DNA from: Camelus ferus
Lineage: Eukaryota
Direction: 5' to 3'
Length of the DNA: 64,000 nt
Assembly (NCBI RefSeq): GCF_009834535.1
Contig: NC_045698.1
Coordinates: 5,148,001-5,212,000 of the forward strand
Of this stretch, positions 38,738-51,169 are shown in pieces (positions within the stretch are counted from its first letter, which is position 1; each line of letters begins with the position of its first letter). Under the pieces are notes generated by a model that made no database searches, had not been told where the DNA came from, and saw nothing but the letters and a program-made list of their open reading frames with translations. The translations under genes and the position numbers were made by a program.

Positions 38738-41198
38738 TTCTAGAATAACTAGAAACCTTGTTTTCATTTCAACTATAATAATTTATCACCCCAGAAAATC
38801 TTTAAATGCCTGCTATTACATTTCTGTTAACTTAAGCATAATTTGTTATTTTTCAGACATTTATAATATGCAACTTCCAAAGCTACCATTTCTCTTAGAA
38901 GAATATCTCTGTCTTGTTCTCTGAGCCCCATGAGATGCCTCACTTGGTCACACCCCTGGGGAATGTGAGGGTAATTTTTATTTCGTCGGTCTCAACACCT
39001 CTGCTCCCACTGCAGGACCCAGGATTTTCATCCTTCTCCAGCTCTTCTTTCCACTGTGCCCTGTGGGTGATCTGCTGGATTCTGCGCAGACTCTTCCGGT
39101 TTCACATGACAGTTACACTTTTCCGACACTGTGTAACTGGCTGGGCGATGCAGCATCCCAAGCCCCATGTGTTTTTTCAACTTGCGGGGTCCTGCTAAAC
39201 ATTTCCCCCGAGAATCTCCAAAAGAGCAGAATGAAAATACCCCAGGAGGTGCCGGTCAGCCCTTCTCCCAGCTCGTGTCCCGGCTGGGTCTCTGTTTTAA
39301 AAAGACAGACAGCTGTTGGTGAAATAAGAGTGCACATTTTACTGAAGTGTCCTTGCGTCGTAACGTTTCTGCCTCATTCCTACCTGGGCTCGCGTCTTTC
39401 TTACTAAGTCCAAATTGAGGGAGGGATCAAGGGAAGATCAGACCTTCTTAGGAGAAGAGGTACTTAAAGATTCTCATTCTGTGCTTTGGGAGCTCCCCGG
39501 CAATCTGCTTATTCAGCTGTCTGGCGTCGCTCTCTTGGCTGAGGATGCCCCCGATGCTGTGCTTCACATACGATTGCCTGTATCGTCCGCCCTCCTGCTG
39601 GCGTGCGCGGTGCGCTTACGTAAGCATTGGTTATTTCACCCCTTTCCCTTTGCAGCTGTTTTCATTTCTTTTCGTGAAATAACCACCAAGTGATTCTCAG
39701 CGATTTTGGCTCCTGACCCATTCCACTCTCATGGGGTCTTAAAAGATTGTTGAGATATTTTGTTTAGAACGTCTGAAAATTTAGCCTGCAGAGTTTTCAT
39801 GGTCTGCCCAAAGCTGGCATCCATCTAAAAATAAAACTTAAGCTGACTGGCAGCATGAGAAGTGCCCAGATCAGCAGATGGTGTGAAATGCAAGCCTTGT
39901 AAAATGAAAATATATTCAGGAAAATACAAAACTCTTTCCCATTTATTAAAGGTCTGATGGGAACACATGCTTTTGGGAGACGCAGTGGGCTGTTAGACTG
40001 CGGGATATTGGAGACAGAAGGTGTCTGTATTTTAGCAAGGCCCTTGGTGAGATCCTGCCTGAGGTCTTTGGGACAAGAAAGGGGAATGCGGTCTGGGAAC
40101 ACAGGGCCACCTGGAGGCTTCATCCCCAGCGGAGCAGGGAGGCCCAGTGCGCCCAGTGCCTCCCAGGTCAGTGTGAAAAGAAGTGTTCAGGTGCACTCTG
40201 CAGGGTCATCCCTGCCTCTGCCTGAAGCACAGTTTAAATCAAAGGCTTGTTTGCTGACAGAGGTGGTGCCGAGAGCAGCCCTGCAGCAGCTGGGGTGACG
40301 TGAATCTGGAGGAGAAACCGAATATGATGGAAGTCGACTTCAGAGCCGAAAGCAATTTTGTCCAGTGAGAACGTGTGACAGATCACTTTAGATGAGATTT
40401 GTTTTGAATAGATGAGTGTCAAAAGGTGATCTGCATAAGCAAAAAACAAAGCAAAACAAAAAACAAACAAAACAGAAGCATAAACTAACAGAATTTCTCC
40501 TGAAAAAAGAATTTTAAGGATTGTAGTTGTCTGCAAGTTGCGTATGATTCGTTTAGACTGAAGCAGGATGATTACTTCTCCCAAGCAAGCAAGACTGTGT
40601 GATGTGTATCCACATAAAACAAAATAATGGTATCAAAAGAAAAACCTTTGTCTTCATATCTTTTATTAAGAAATGCATTTCTGTAAAATGGGTTGATAGT
40701 AACTAATGGATGAACATTTACTATTTAACTGGCATGAAGTTAACTCACATCTGCTTTTCCAAGCACTGTAAGCATCTTGACTCAGTCCACATCCCACAGC
40801 TCTCCCTCATGCAGAGAGGAGCCTGAGGCCAGGAGAGGCAGCAGGGGGGCTCCCAGGTGCCCAGCCTGCATGGCAAGTGTAGGTAGGACTCAGGCCCAGG
40901 CCCCCAGCCACTGTGGGGTTCTCTGGACACCTTCTCCCATCCCCACTGTTGTGAACCATTTAATAGAAGACTCCACTTTCCCAGAAGTCGCATAATGAAA
41001 GGGGAATCTTAGATGATTTTCTTGACTTGAATGGCAGACTGAGGAAGATTTAGATTTTTGACACAGGGCCCATTATAATTTAAATGAAAGACAAGAAAAG
41101 CATTATCAAAAGAATGGGTCTTTTCAAGGCCTAAGGTTGAACCATTCCTCCTACTGACAACCAGTTATATATCTGTGAAGCAGGCCTCTGTGTACGTA

Positions 41199-41653
41199 AC
41201 TGGATAAAGAAATTGTGGTGTATTTATACAATGTAATTACTCAGCCATAAAAAAGAATAAAATAATGCCATTTGCAGCAACATGGATGGACCTGGAGATC
41301 ATCATTCTAAGTAAAGTGAGCCAGAAAGAAAAAGAAAAATACCATATGATATCTCTTGTATGTGGAATTAAAAAAAAAAGAGACATAAATGAACTTATTT
41401 ACAAAACAGAAACAGACATAGAAAACAAACTTATGGTTACTGGGGGGAATGGAGGTGAGAAGGGATAAACTGGGAGTTGGAGAGTTGCAGATACTAATGA
41501 CTATATATAAAACAGATAAACAACAAGGTCTTACTGTAGAGCACAGGGAACTATATTTAATATCTTGTAGTATGTATATGTATGAACTATTATGCTATAC
41601 ATCAGAAATGGACACAGCACTGTAAACTGACTATACTTCCATTTAAAAAAAAA
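41199..41653 (+). mobile_element. Young L1 3' end
   Basis: MPFAATWMDLEIIILSKVSQ (ORF2 terminus), 3' UTR and A tail. Confidence 0.92.
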
Positions 41654-42169
41654 TCACCTTTGTGACAGTCACAGTGAGAAGATACAAACAGGGACAAAGA
41701 AGAGAGGCCTGAGCTGGGAATGAGGGGACGTGGGATCCGGGCCCAGCTCCACCATGAAGGCAGGAGCCTTATGACTCCAGCCACTCCCACCCCCCTCCCC
41801 AAGGCAAACACCCTAATCTGTGGAATGAGGGGTTTGGAGAAAATGGTCCTGATGTCTCTTCCAGCTCTGCTCTTTCGTGATTATGTAAACAACGTGCAGA
41901 ACATCTATGTGAAAACTGTTCTGTGAGATAATGAAAGGAAACAGATTGTGGCCCCCTGAGAGATACAAGGTTTCTGGTGGTGGTGTGGCTGTGAAATGGG
42001 GCTCAGCATTAGTTCTGGGACAGTGCTGAGAAAGTCCACTAGAGAACTACTGACTGTGGGCTCCAACCAGAAACACCGCCGCATGTTCTCTTCCCAGGTG
42101 CAGGCAAAAATCTCGTGGAGTTCTCTTTCTTCTTGCTTTCTATGTTTTATTTTAAAAAAAAAACAAAAC

Positions 42170-42482
42170 TTTTTTTTTCATTGAGTTGTGGTCATTTTAC
42201 AATGTTGTATTAAATTCCAGTGTAGAGCACAATTTCTCAGTTATACATGAACATACGTATATTCATTGTCACTTTTTTTTTTCGCTGTGAGCTACCACAA
42301 GATCTTGTATACATTTCCCTATGCTATACCGTATGATCTTGTTTATCTATTCTGCATATGCCTGTCAGTAGCTACAAATTTCAAACTCCCAGTCTGTCCC
42401 TTCTCACCCCCCACCCCCTTGGCAACCACAAGGTTGTCTATGTCTATGAGTCTGTTTCTGTTTTGTCTATGTTTGTTTTTTA
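42170..42482 (-). mobile_element. Young L1 3' end, interrupted; appears to resume briefly at 42772-42787
   Basis: Near-identical to 27375-27750 up to the T-tract. The expected continuation ttttttagattcca appears as ttttttagactcca after the insert. Confidence 0.88.
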
Positions 42483-42771
42483 ATGAAGAAGAAGCAAAAA
42501 ACTCAAGAAGAACTATAATCAGTTTACCCGGAATGACCCTTGAAGATCGGAATCGAGTATCAGAATCAAAATCAAACCAGGATCGAGTGCGGCTCAGCAA
42601 AGCTTGGACTGATGTGCAGGCAACAGCGCTGCCACCCAGGCGCTCAACCTTAAGGCCCGCCTCCTTGGTCCCTCCATGGGATTGTCCCGGGCTTACCATC
42701 CAGGGGCAGTGGCCAAAAGTGTAGGCTTAGTGACCGCCTGGCGTTTGTCAATTTGCTTGTTACCACTACGC
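42483..42771. other. Unidentified 289-bp CpG-rich insertion with 9-bp flanking direct repeat
   Basis: TGTTTTTTA at 42474-42482 and 42772-42780; 12 CpGs; no repeat family recognised. Confidence 0.6.
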
Positions 42772-42899
42772 TGTTTTTTAGACTCCAGCTGATTCAATGA
42801 TCCATCTGGGAAGCAGGGATAGTGTAATTCTTTTAAATGCAGAGATACTGCAGCACATAAAACAAATACGTGGTGAGTCTCTCCAGTTGTTCTAAGATT

Positions 42900-43810
42900 G
42901 TTGGCCCAGATAGAAGTTTATCAATTTTTTTGTTCTTTTCAAAGAACCAGATTTTATTTTTCCTGACAGTCTCTGTCATTTCCTGATTGTGATTTCATTA
43001 ATTTCTGCTCTAATTCTGTCATCTCTTTCCTTCTGCTTGCTTTGTGTTTTTCTCTTCTTTGTCTTCTTGTCCGAGATGAAGTCGTATGGCACAGATATCA
43101 GATCTTTCTCATTTTCTAATTTTCGAGTTTCATGCTGTCAGTTTCCCTCTAAGCACTGTTTTTGCTGCATCTCACAGATTTTGATAGGTGGAATTTTTGT
43201 TTCCATTTTGTTTAAAACATGTTAAAATTTCCCTTGAGACTTCTCTTTTGTCTGATTGGTTATCTCGAAGTATATTGTTTAATTTCCAAATACGTGAAGG
43301 ATCTTCCATCTGCTTCCCTGCTGCCGATTTCTAGGTTCATCCTTTCCTGGCCTGATGGGCATGACTTCTGGTCTTCCAAATTTTTACCCTTGGTTCTGTC
43401 GCCCAGGCTGTGGGCTGTTGTGAATTTTCTGTGTGATTCTGAGAACATATTTTCTCCTGTTGTGAAGGGGTATGTTCTATAAATGTCAACTAGGCCATAT
43501 CGATTGATCATGTGGTTCAAGTCCTTTTTACTCTAACTGATTTTCTGCCAGGAGAGAGACATGAAATGACCGACTGTAATAGTGGGTTGGTCTGTTCTTT
43601 CAGTTCTGCCAGTTTCGCCTCGTGTGCTTTGACTCTCTGGTGCTGCATCTGCATTTAGGGTTACTATGTATTTGGGGAGAATTCACCCTTTTCCATTATG
43701 TAATGTCACTCTTTATCCTTGATAATCTTCCTTGTTCTGAAGTCTACTTTATCAAAGTTAATATGACTATGACAGCTTTCTTTAGATTTGTGTTAACAGG
43801 AGTGTTTTAG
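42900..43810 (-). mobile_element. Old L1 ORF2 (endonuclease-proximal) remnant
   Basis: gtttatcaattt...ttcaaagaaccag; minus ORF 43260-43520 (LVDIYRT...HSLG...YLEIKQ) resembles L1 ORF2. Confidence 0.8.
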
Positions 43811-43890
43811 ACAGTTTTCTCCATGAAAACAGAACCATTAGGACATAAATATATATATAGATGTCTGTCTATCTATCTATATATGTCGTT
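43808..43890 (-). mobile_element. MLT2-like LTR terminal fragment with TA/TCTA repeats
   Basis: tagacagttttctccatgaaaacagaaccattagga followed by (TA)n. Confidence 0.5.
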
Positions 43891-44203
43891 TATACCATTG
43901 CAGTAGCTACCGATTCCTCTCCCACACGTGAAGCTGGTTGAAGTTTCAGAAACACATACCGTATTAGATTTCTCTTCTTTCAAAACCAACTGAGAGATAC
44001 ACTCAGGACTCAGACAGACAGAGATAAAAAGACTTCCATTACACCTCAGAGCAAGTGGGTTTGCTTACACTTCACTCCATCCTTTCTGCTCCCCTCCGTG
44101 GTTGGACCCCTTCCCCAGCACACACAGCCTGCCCGTCAGAAGCCTTGCTCCCTGCGGCAGGCAGAGCCCCAGAGCTGGAGAGGACTGGCCGAGGTGAGCA
44201 GGC

Positions 44204-44683
44204 AGCACTGGTTTCCTATGGCTGTTGTAAACAACGTAATTTTATTCTCTCACAGTAATGGAGGCCAAAAGAATGCAATTGGTTTCATTGGGGGTAAAGT
44301 CAAGGTGTTGGCCGGGGGGTAACCTCTTGAAGGCTCTATAGGAGAATCCATCTCCTGGCCTTTTCCAGCTTCCAGAAGATGCTCACTTCCTGCATCATCT
44401 CAACCTCTTGCTTCTATCATCACATCTCCTGTTTCCTCGCTGATCCTTCTGTGCCCCTACTTAAAAAATTGCTGTTTTACTGGACCCACCTGGACCCTCC
44501 AGGATACTCTCCTCATCGCAGGATCTCTACCTCAGTCCCATCTACACAGTCCCTTTTCCCTGGGAGGTTGCGTTCACAAGTGCTGAGAACTGGGATGTGG
44601 GTGTCTTTGGGCTACGGCTCAGCCCACCACACGAGGATTAGGACGTGGACGTCTTGAGGGAAGGCATTGCTCAGCCCATCACA
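44204..44683 (-). mobile_element. MaLR solo LTR (MLT1D/E-like)
   Basis: ttattctctcacag...ggagaatcc...ccttttccagcttccaga; 5-bp TSD CAGGC/TAGGC. Confidence 0.8.
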
Positions 44684-44899
44684 TAGGCCAGCTCCTTCTC
44701 CAGTCTCACCCGTCCCATCACTCTCTTCTGCAAGGAGGGGTCAGTAGAACCAGGGAACAGTGATGGGGAGCATTTCCAGGGAAGTCCCTTCACAGGGAGA
44801 CATGAGAAAGGGGAATCACCAGTAAAGGAAAACCGGGTTAAATCTGGGAGTCCAACCTGAGACAGATGCCCAAGGAGAGAGCACAGGGACTCCAGAGTG

Positions 44900-45294
44900 G
44901 TTGACGGGGTGTGCCCAGGGCCACCAGGGTGGCCTGTTTGCCCCATCCTCTCCCTTGCAGTCTCTCTGCTCTGCATCGCAGGGGCTGACCGGAGTGTGCT
45001 TCAGGCCCCACACCAGCACCGGCAGGAGTCTGGGAGACGTTGGAAGGGAAAACCCATAACACGACTTCTCTTTCTGCCTTCAAAGTTGCTGCTTCTCTGT
45101 GGTGCCACCTTCTGACGGACTGGACCAGTTTGGTTCTGTTTAATAACCTCTAGGCTCTGCTAACATCAGCCCCGTCCCTTTCCCTCCAGCCTGGGTCTGG
45201 GGTAGGGGGGCGGTGGGCTTCCTCTGTCTCTAATCTTCGGGTGGCCTTACCCCTGCTTCTCTAACTTGGCCTCTCAGTTCCTTCATTCCTGAGT

Positions 45295-45297
<3 letters not shown>
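44900..45297 (+). mobile_element. ERVL LTR (LTR33/41-like) remnant
   Basis: gcttcctctgtctctaatcttcgggtggcctt...ctctcagttccttcattcctgagtaac. Confidence 0.45.

Positions 45298-45332
<35 letters not shown>
45298..45332. repeat. (TG)17 microsatellite at an LTR terminus
   Basis: Read directly. Confidence 0.95.
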
Positions 45333-45334
<2 letters not shown>

Positions 45335-45927
45335 TAGTCATCTATAGCTGTGTAACAAATTCCTTCCCCCCAAATTTAGTGGCTCAAAGCAACATTTATT
45401 ATCTGTCTCACAGTTTCTATGGGTCAGGGGTTTGAGCACAGCCTTGCTGGACCCTCTGACTCTGGGTCTGTCTGAAGGCTGTGGTTGAGGTGCTGGTCGG
45501 GACAAAGACATCCTAAGACCTGCTGGGGACAGACCCGAGCTCACTTACATGGTTGGCAGGATTCAGTTCCTCACAGACTGCTGGTCTGATGGCCTCAGTT
45601 TCTCATGTGCTGTTAGCTGGTGGCCTCGCTGAGTTTTCTGCTCCTGGGCTGTGTCCATAAGGCAGTTCACAACATGGCCACTGGCTTATTCAGAGCAAAC
45701 AAGGGACAGGAAACAGAGTGTCAGCAAGAGAGAAACAAAGAGCAAGACAAAGTCACAGTCTTTGTAAGCTCATCTTGGAAGTGACATCTGACCCATGACC
45801 CTTGCACGGTCTGGTCACTGCAGCAGGTCACAGGGTCCAGCCCACAGCAGAGGGGAGGGGGTGGCACAGGGGTGTGAGCCGCAGTAGGAGGGGACCGGTG
45901 CGGCCATCTAGGCAGCTGGCTACTGCA
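45330..45927 (-). mobile_element. MaLR LTR (MLT1F/G-like)
   Basis: tagctgtgtaacaaat...ccccaaatttagtggctcaaagcaacatttatt...gttggcaggattcagttcct. Confidence 0.8.
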
Positions 45928-46994
45928 GACGCACACCCCGCCCCAGGTGTCCTTCCATAGCCCTTTGTACGGTGCTCCTGTGCACCGTGCTGATGTAGTT
46001 CCCGAGGTCAGTGTCCACCGGCCTTTCCGCCTTTCTCATCTTTACCTGGAAAAGAAGAGTAGCTTATTAGAGAGCTGCCTTCCTGCTGGTGGACTGGTGT
46101 GCTGGCTGCTTTAAAATCAGGGGACGCTCACCTTCCTGATAAAGGAATACCTGTTTGTGCCTGTGAAGCAGAGGAATAAACGCTCATTCTGTTCTGGAGG
46201 CTCAGAGATGTTTCTAGAGAATAAACACCTTGTCCAGATCCACCCCACCCAACCCCGGTGGTCAAAAAAATCAGGGCTCAGGAGAGCGATGCATTTCTAC
46301 TATATTCATTTTAAATGCATCCAAGTTTCCGTACTTGGAGAACTTGGCCTGCCTGTTTGAAGGGCAGTTGCTTCTCCCTGAAGGTCATTTGGATGGTGAC
46401 GTGGTGGGCATCATAATCCTTCCGCACGGTCCCTCCACCCCCACTGATAAGCAGCCCTTTTGCGCTTTTGTCCCTCTCTGCCAGCGCAGTTCCCCGTGAC
46501 CCCCGCCTGCCGCGCGGCTCAGCCACGGTGACTGCAGGTTTGGAGGTTGCACTGTTATTGGACCCGCCACAGCTGTTTCAAGTGAGGTCTGTGCACTCGG
46601 TCTTTGCAAAAGGAGTCATTGCAAAAGCTTGAGGAAATTTCTGCCTCCTGAATGATTATTTTCCAGAACCAGTGGTAGAAATTCACCTTTGCTGTCTTAG
46701 GATCTACTCATCAAAGATAAGCCGCCTTCCTGCTCTCACAGCTGCCTTTCATGTATAAAATAATGCGCCGTAGAGTCTCCCCGCATCAGTAGGTGTGAAA
46801 CGCCTTGAACAAACACCAGTTAAACTCGCATTTCCCCACACTGATCCCCATGGTCTTCCCTACACAGGACAGAAGAGAAATCCGGTTCATCCAGCATTTT
46901 CTCGTAGGCTTTCATTGTCACAGTGTCCTGCCCGGAGCGGGGCTTGAATAAATGATGATGCAGGAAAAAAATACAATGGCAATAAGGAAATGAT

Positions 46995-47215
46995 TGCCAA
47001 CAGCATTTACTTAAGGCTGACTGTGTTTAACATGTTTCATTTTATTTAACCCAAGGTACTTAACATTTTCATCTTACTTAATCCCGGTAATAAAATTCCT
47101 CCCACCTTCTTCCGGATGTAAAAACGGAGGTTTAGAGAGACTAAGTGACTTGCCCACGGCCACATCCAGCGTGTAGGTGGCGGAGCTGGGATTCCAATCC
47201 AGGCTCCTGTGCCCA
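46995..47215 (-). mobile_element. MIR SINE
   Basis: aaacggaggtttagagagactaagtgacttgcccacggccaca...ggagctgggattccaatccagg. Confidence 0.75.
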
Positions 47216-47269
47216 CGGCCAGCGCTGGCCCTTCCCTCACCCGCTGTGCAGTCAGGCTCCAACTCCGGG

Positions 47270-47570
47270 ACACTCCAGAATATTCCGGGAAGCTCTACAC
47301 CTGCCTCCTTCCCTCAGTTCCTTCTCCTTCCTCAGGTCTCAGCACCTCCCTGGAGAAACTGACTCCTCCGTCACCCAAGTAGGACTCCATTCGTTCTCCG
47401 GAACCTCTGTGCATTTGTCATAGAGGACGTCACATCATTCCTAGTGCTTGTTTCCTTTTGTGTTTGCTCCGTGTCTCTCACCTACTCAACTGTAAGCTTC
47501 GTGGGCGTTTGGGGCTGCGATCTGCCTCAGAGCGTGCTATTTCTGCAGCCCCTCAAGTGGTCAACACCTC
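47270..47570 (+). mobile_element. L2 3' end remnant
   Basis: tgtctctcacctactcaactgtaagcttcgtggg. Confidence 0.5.
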
Positions 47571-49519
47571 TTGCTGCTGCTGCTCGGGAAGAAGGTGCAT
47601 GTTTGTAGGACGTCTCCTCAGGGGAAGGGCTGGCGTGTCACCGCTGGGTGTGGGTGAATCCAGGTTTTCCAGAGCTGGAGCCCCTGGCTTCCTTGTTTTA
47701 TTCATTCTCTCATCAGGTGCCCCTTCGGTAGAGACTTAGGTTGGGAACGATGCTCTGTCCTCCGGGAACTCTGGGAACTGAACGAGACAGATGCTCAGAT
47801 AGTTATGGTAGCGAGATTTCCGTGCTGCTGGGAGTGTGGGAGCTGGGGGTGCTGGGCAGCATGAGCGCGGAGCCCCTCAGCCAGTCCGGGGGATCCTGGA
47901 AGGTTTCCCGGAGTAGATCCTGGTCCAGGTCTTGCATCGAGTCTCGGCTGCGCAAGGGCACCCGTGGACAGGCGGGCGTGCCTGGGAAACAACCAGAGCC
48001 CCTGGTTCTGTGGCACAAGCACAAAGCGGCACTTTCTAGGCATTTCTCATAAGCCTCTGAAACTGGACAGCTTCTGAGCTGGCCTGTCTTCTTGTTCCTC
48101 TGATCAGTGGCTCGCCTGGCGTCCCTCCACCTGAGCGGGTGGATTATGACCTGTCCCCACTGAGAGCTGACACGCAGCATTTTGCAGGGACGTCAGGTGG
48201 TGCTGACCTGCTTTCTGCTTTCAGTTGCTTTAGTTTCTGAAAATGCGGTGGCCCCTCCCCGGCCCTCCCCACCCCGCCCTCCACAGGGGGACCGCAGACA
48301 GAGGTCTTCCTCCTGGCGCCCTGTGTCACTGGGGAAGTTCAAGGACCGTGTCGCACAGTCTCCTGCTCCCCACCAATGTGCTCTGTCTTCCTGAATTCCA
48401 TAGAAGGAAGTTTCTTAAAGTCTCAGATTCTTCTCTGGATCCTCAGAGCTAAAATGAAACCATTGCTGGGGAGACTGTCATGTGCCCACCTCGTGGCTGG
48501 ACCTGGCAGCCAGAAACAGCACTTGTGAAACTGCTTTCATTTTCTTGTGGGGAACAAATGAAGCAAATAAAACAAAGTGGTATTTCTGAATTAGAAAGAC
48601 GGTTTTGTCCAGGAAGTTCAAAGATTAGCAACTCAAGTTTGTCTCCATCAATGACTTCTTTATAAACTGATTTTTCTCAGAGAAAAGGTTAGCATTACCT
48701 ACCTAAACATAATGAATCTATTTAAATATACTTGTATATTATACATTATATATAATTTACCTCAAAATATAAAAGCAAATAATTTGACATTGGGTGAGAA
48801 AGTAAAATCCTGTGCAGAAATCACTGTGGGAAAGATGCAGATTGGCCGTGGGTTTCATTTAGCACAGCTAGGAGCCTGTCGACCCCGTGAGCGTGTATGC
48901 CACGTGGGCTGTACGGCTCTTTGCTTAAACTGCTTCTATTTGCATCCTGCGCAGTGGCTCCTGCACAATTATTCTGTCCCTTCAGAGCAAGCTGTTAGAG
49001 CCTCAGCCTTTGCCAGTAGCTTCACCACCTCTTCCGCGAGTAGCAGTGGATCTGAAATCTTTCTTTGGGCTCAAGCACTTTAATCACTGGAAATATGTTG
49101 CAAGTACGGGCAAGTCAAGACTGTAGGCCCAGACCTTGGGACCTAAATAATCTCCTTGGCAACTGGCCTAGAATCCCCAAGCCATCTATAATTTGCATAT
49201 AAATAAACTTTATGAAATTAAAAATACACACGCGGCCGTAATGTTTACTTGTCCGCCTTTGTCGCCTGCCCCGGGAGGAGAGGTAGCAGGCGGAGCGCGC
49301 TCATCTGCACTGAAAGCCCCGGGCTGAACGGCTTTCGCTACGTCTGCAGTCGGCAGCACGTAATGACAGGCGGTGGCTTTGTAGGCGAGGACAATACTGG
49401 GGGAAAAAAACACAGTTAGAAAAGCATTCATAAAGCCAGCAGTGTTACTTAGCAGCTAAGGGCTCTGTCTTGTCGGAATTATTTTATAATTCCTGTAAGG
49501 ACCGTGGGTGCTGTGAACC

Positions 49520-49950
49520 TGGCATAGTAGCCAGAGTAGGTGAGGTTGTGCTGCTATAACAAATGACCTGGGTCTCAGGGACTGCCGGCAGGGCTGTGCT
49601 CCTGCTCACATCCCTTCCTGCACACTGGCTGTAGTCCTCACTGCACCCTCTTTCCTTCAGACCCCAGACTGAAGGATTCTTCTCATCTAGAACGTTACTG
49701 GGCTCACGACGGCTGGGAGTGAGAGATGGCAGAGTTGTGCATGGGCACTTAAACCTTCTGCTCACAAGTGGCTCAGATCACTTTTCCTGATAAGTCTTTG
49801 GTCAAACTTCGTTTTAGCTTGAAAAGAGAAATTACAGTTCCCTTCACAGGAACGGCACCACAAGTCACGTGACCAAGTCTGAAGACCACATGGGACCGTA
49901 CAGAGAATACATGGAAACAACAGTACAGGTTCCCAAACTTGGGTCTCACG
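49520..49950 (-). mobile_element. MaLR LTR (MLT1J-like)
   Basis: aggttgtgctgctataacaaatgacc, gacccagactgaagga, caagtcacgtgaccaagtctga. Confidence 0.65.
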
Positions 49951-51169
49951 CACATAGGTTTCTGCAGCGTGCTCTCTAAAGACAGACCCTCTCACGGGCA
50001 AGTGCTCCTTGGGTGCTGGGTCTTTGCTCCATCGCTTCTGAAATCTAAAAAGGTCTTTCCAAGCGATTAGGACTCTTTTGGCCAACTTGTGATAGTCTAA
50101 TTTTTAAGTGACCATTTCTCATTTTTAGGGCCTTATGAAGTAGGCTCGCTGTCTTGCCGTCAAATTTCTCATCGTGCAGGAGCATTAGTTGTATGTAGTT
50201 CCTGGACAGGAGGCTGGGGAGCACGCGGGTGCACAGACACCTCTCTCCAGCTAATATCTGCAGTGTCCCGGACAGACCCAGCTCCTGCTTCACCAGAGTC
50301 TGCCTGGAGCACCTCCGCTGCCCTTCCTTTAGTCCAGAGCTTGCCTCCCTGGGACTCCGAATGTCCTCGCCCGGCGGCCGGCCCAGCGGCTGCGGTGTTG
50401 CTCTGCCTTGCTTCCCGGTGCTCAGAAGCTCTTTGCCAATAGAACCCTTGACGTCCTGCCTCCACATTCTGGCAGGATGTTCCAAACGGGAGGATGCAGA
50501 TTAAGCCCTCCCTGCAGTGGACGTGTCTAAAATTCTCTCTGGTGACCTGAATGGGTCACCTTTCCCTTAAATGACAACCCAGAACTTTCTGACAGTTAAA
50601 ACTGTAACCCAGACCTTCTTGGTTTCTGTGAAAATGACCAAGAAGTGATTTTTTTAAAGTTCAGAAGTAATATATCCCAATTTTGTTATAAAATATCCCT
50701 GTACTTACTAGTGAGAAAGTTAACCATTAACAATGTCCTGGATGTAAAAATCTCTGTCCCCAAGAGTATCAGTGAGTATCATTCCATAAGTACTGTGTTG
50801 CCCTTCTGAGCATGGCCCCGAGAAATTAGACTTGACTCTTGTGCCGCAGAAGGTCCCAGTGGTGGTGATCCAGTCCACGTTTGTGATATCCAATTGAAAA
50901 CTGCATTTATATGAACTACATGGAATTAACATTCCTTCTTTAGATATCCTCTGTCAACTCACTGATGACTGAGCCAGTTGATAAGATGCTGTGATATGTC
51001 TGTTTCAGTCTTGGCCATGAACTCTGTTCTCCTGGTCCTCTGTCAGCCTGGAGGAGTGCTCCCACCCCAAACCTGGCATCCCCATGCCTTGTCTCCCTGT
51101 GTCCAGGCTCAGTCCACTTCCCTGCATCACACCCTGATGGCCTGTTAGCACTTACCTGAGACAGCACAC

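Noticed and set aside
42483..42724. Faint resemblance of the insert's + frame (SLP...E.R, LPPR, AS....W, TIQ) to bornavirus nucleoprotein as I recall it
   Set aside because: Needs several gaps and lacks the conserved core motifs. The T-rich TSD implies the opposite orientation. Likely chance; tBLASTn would settle it.
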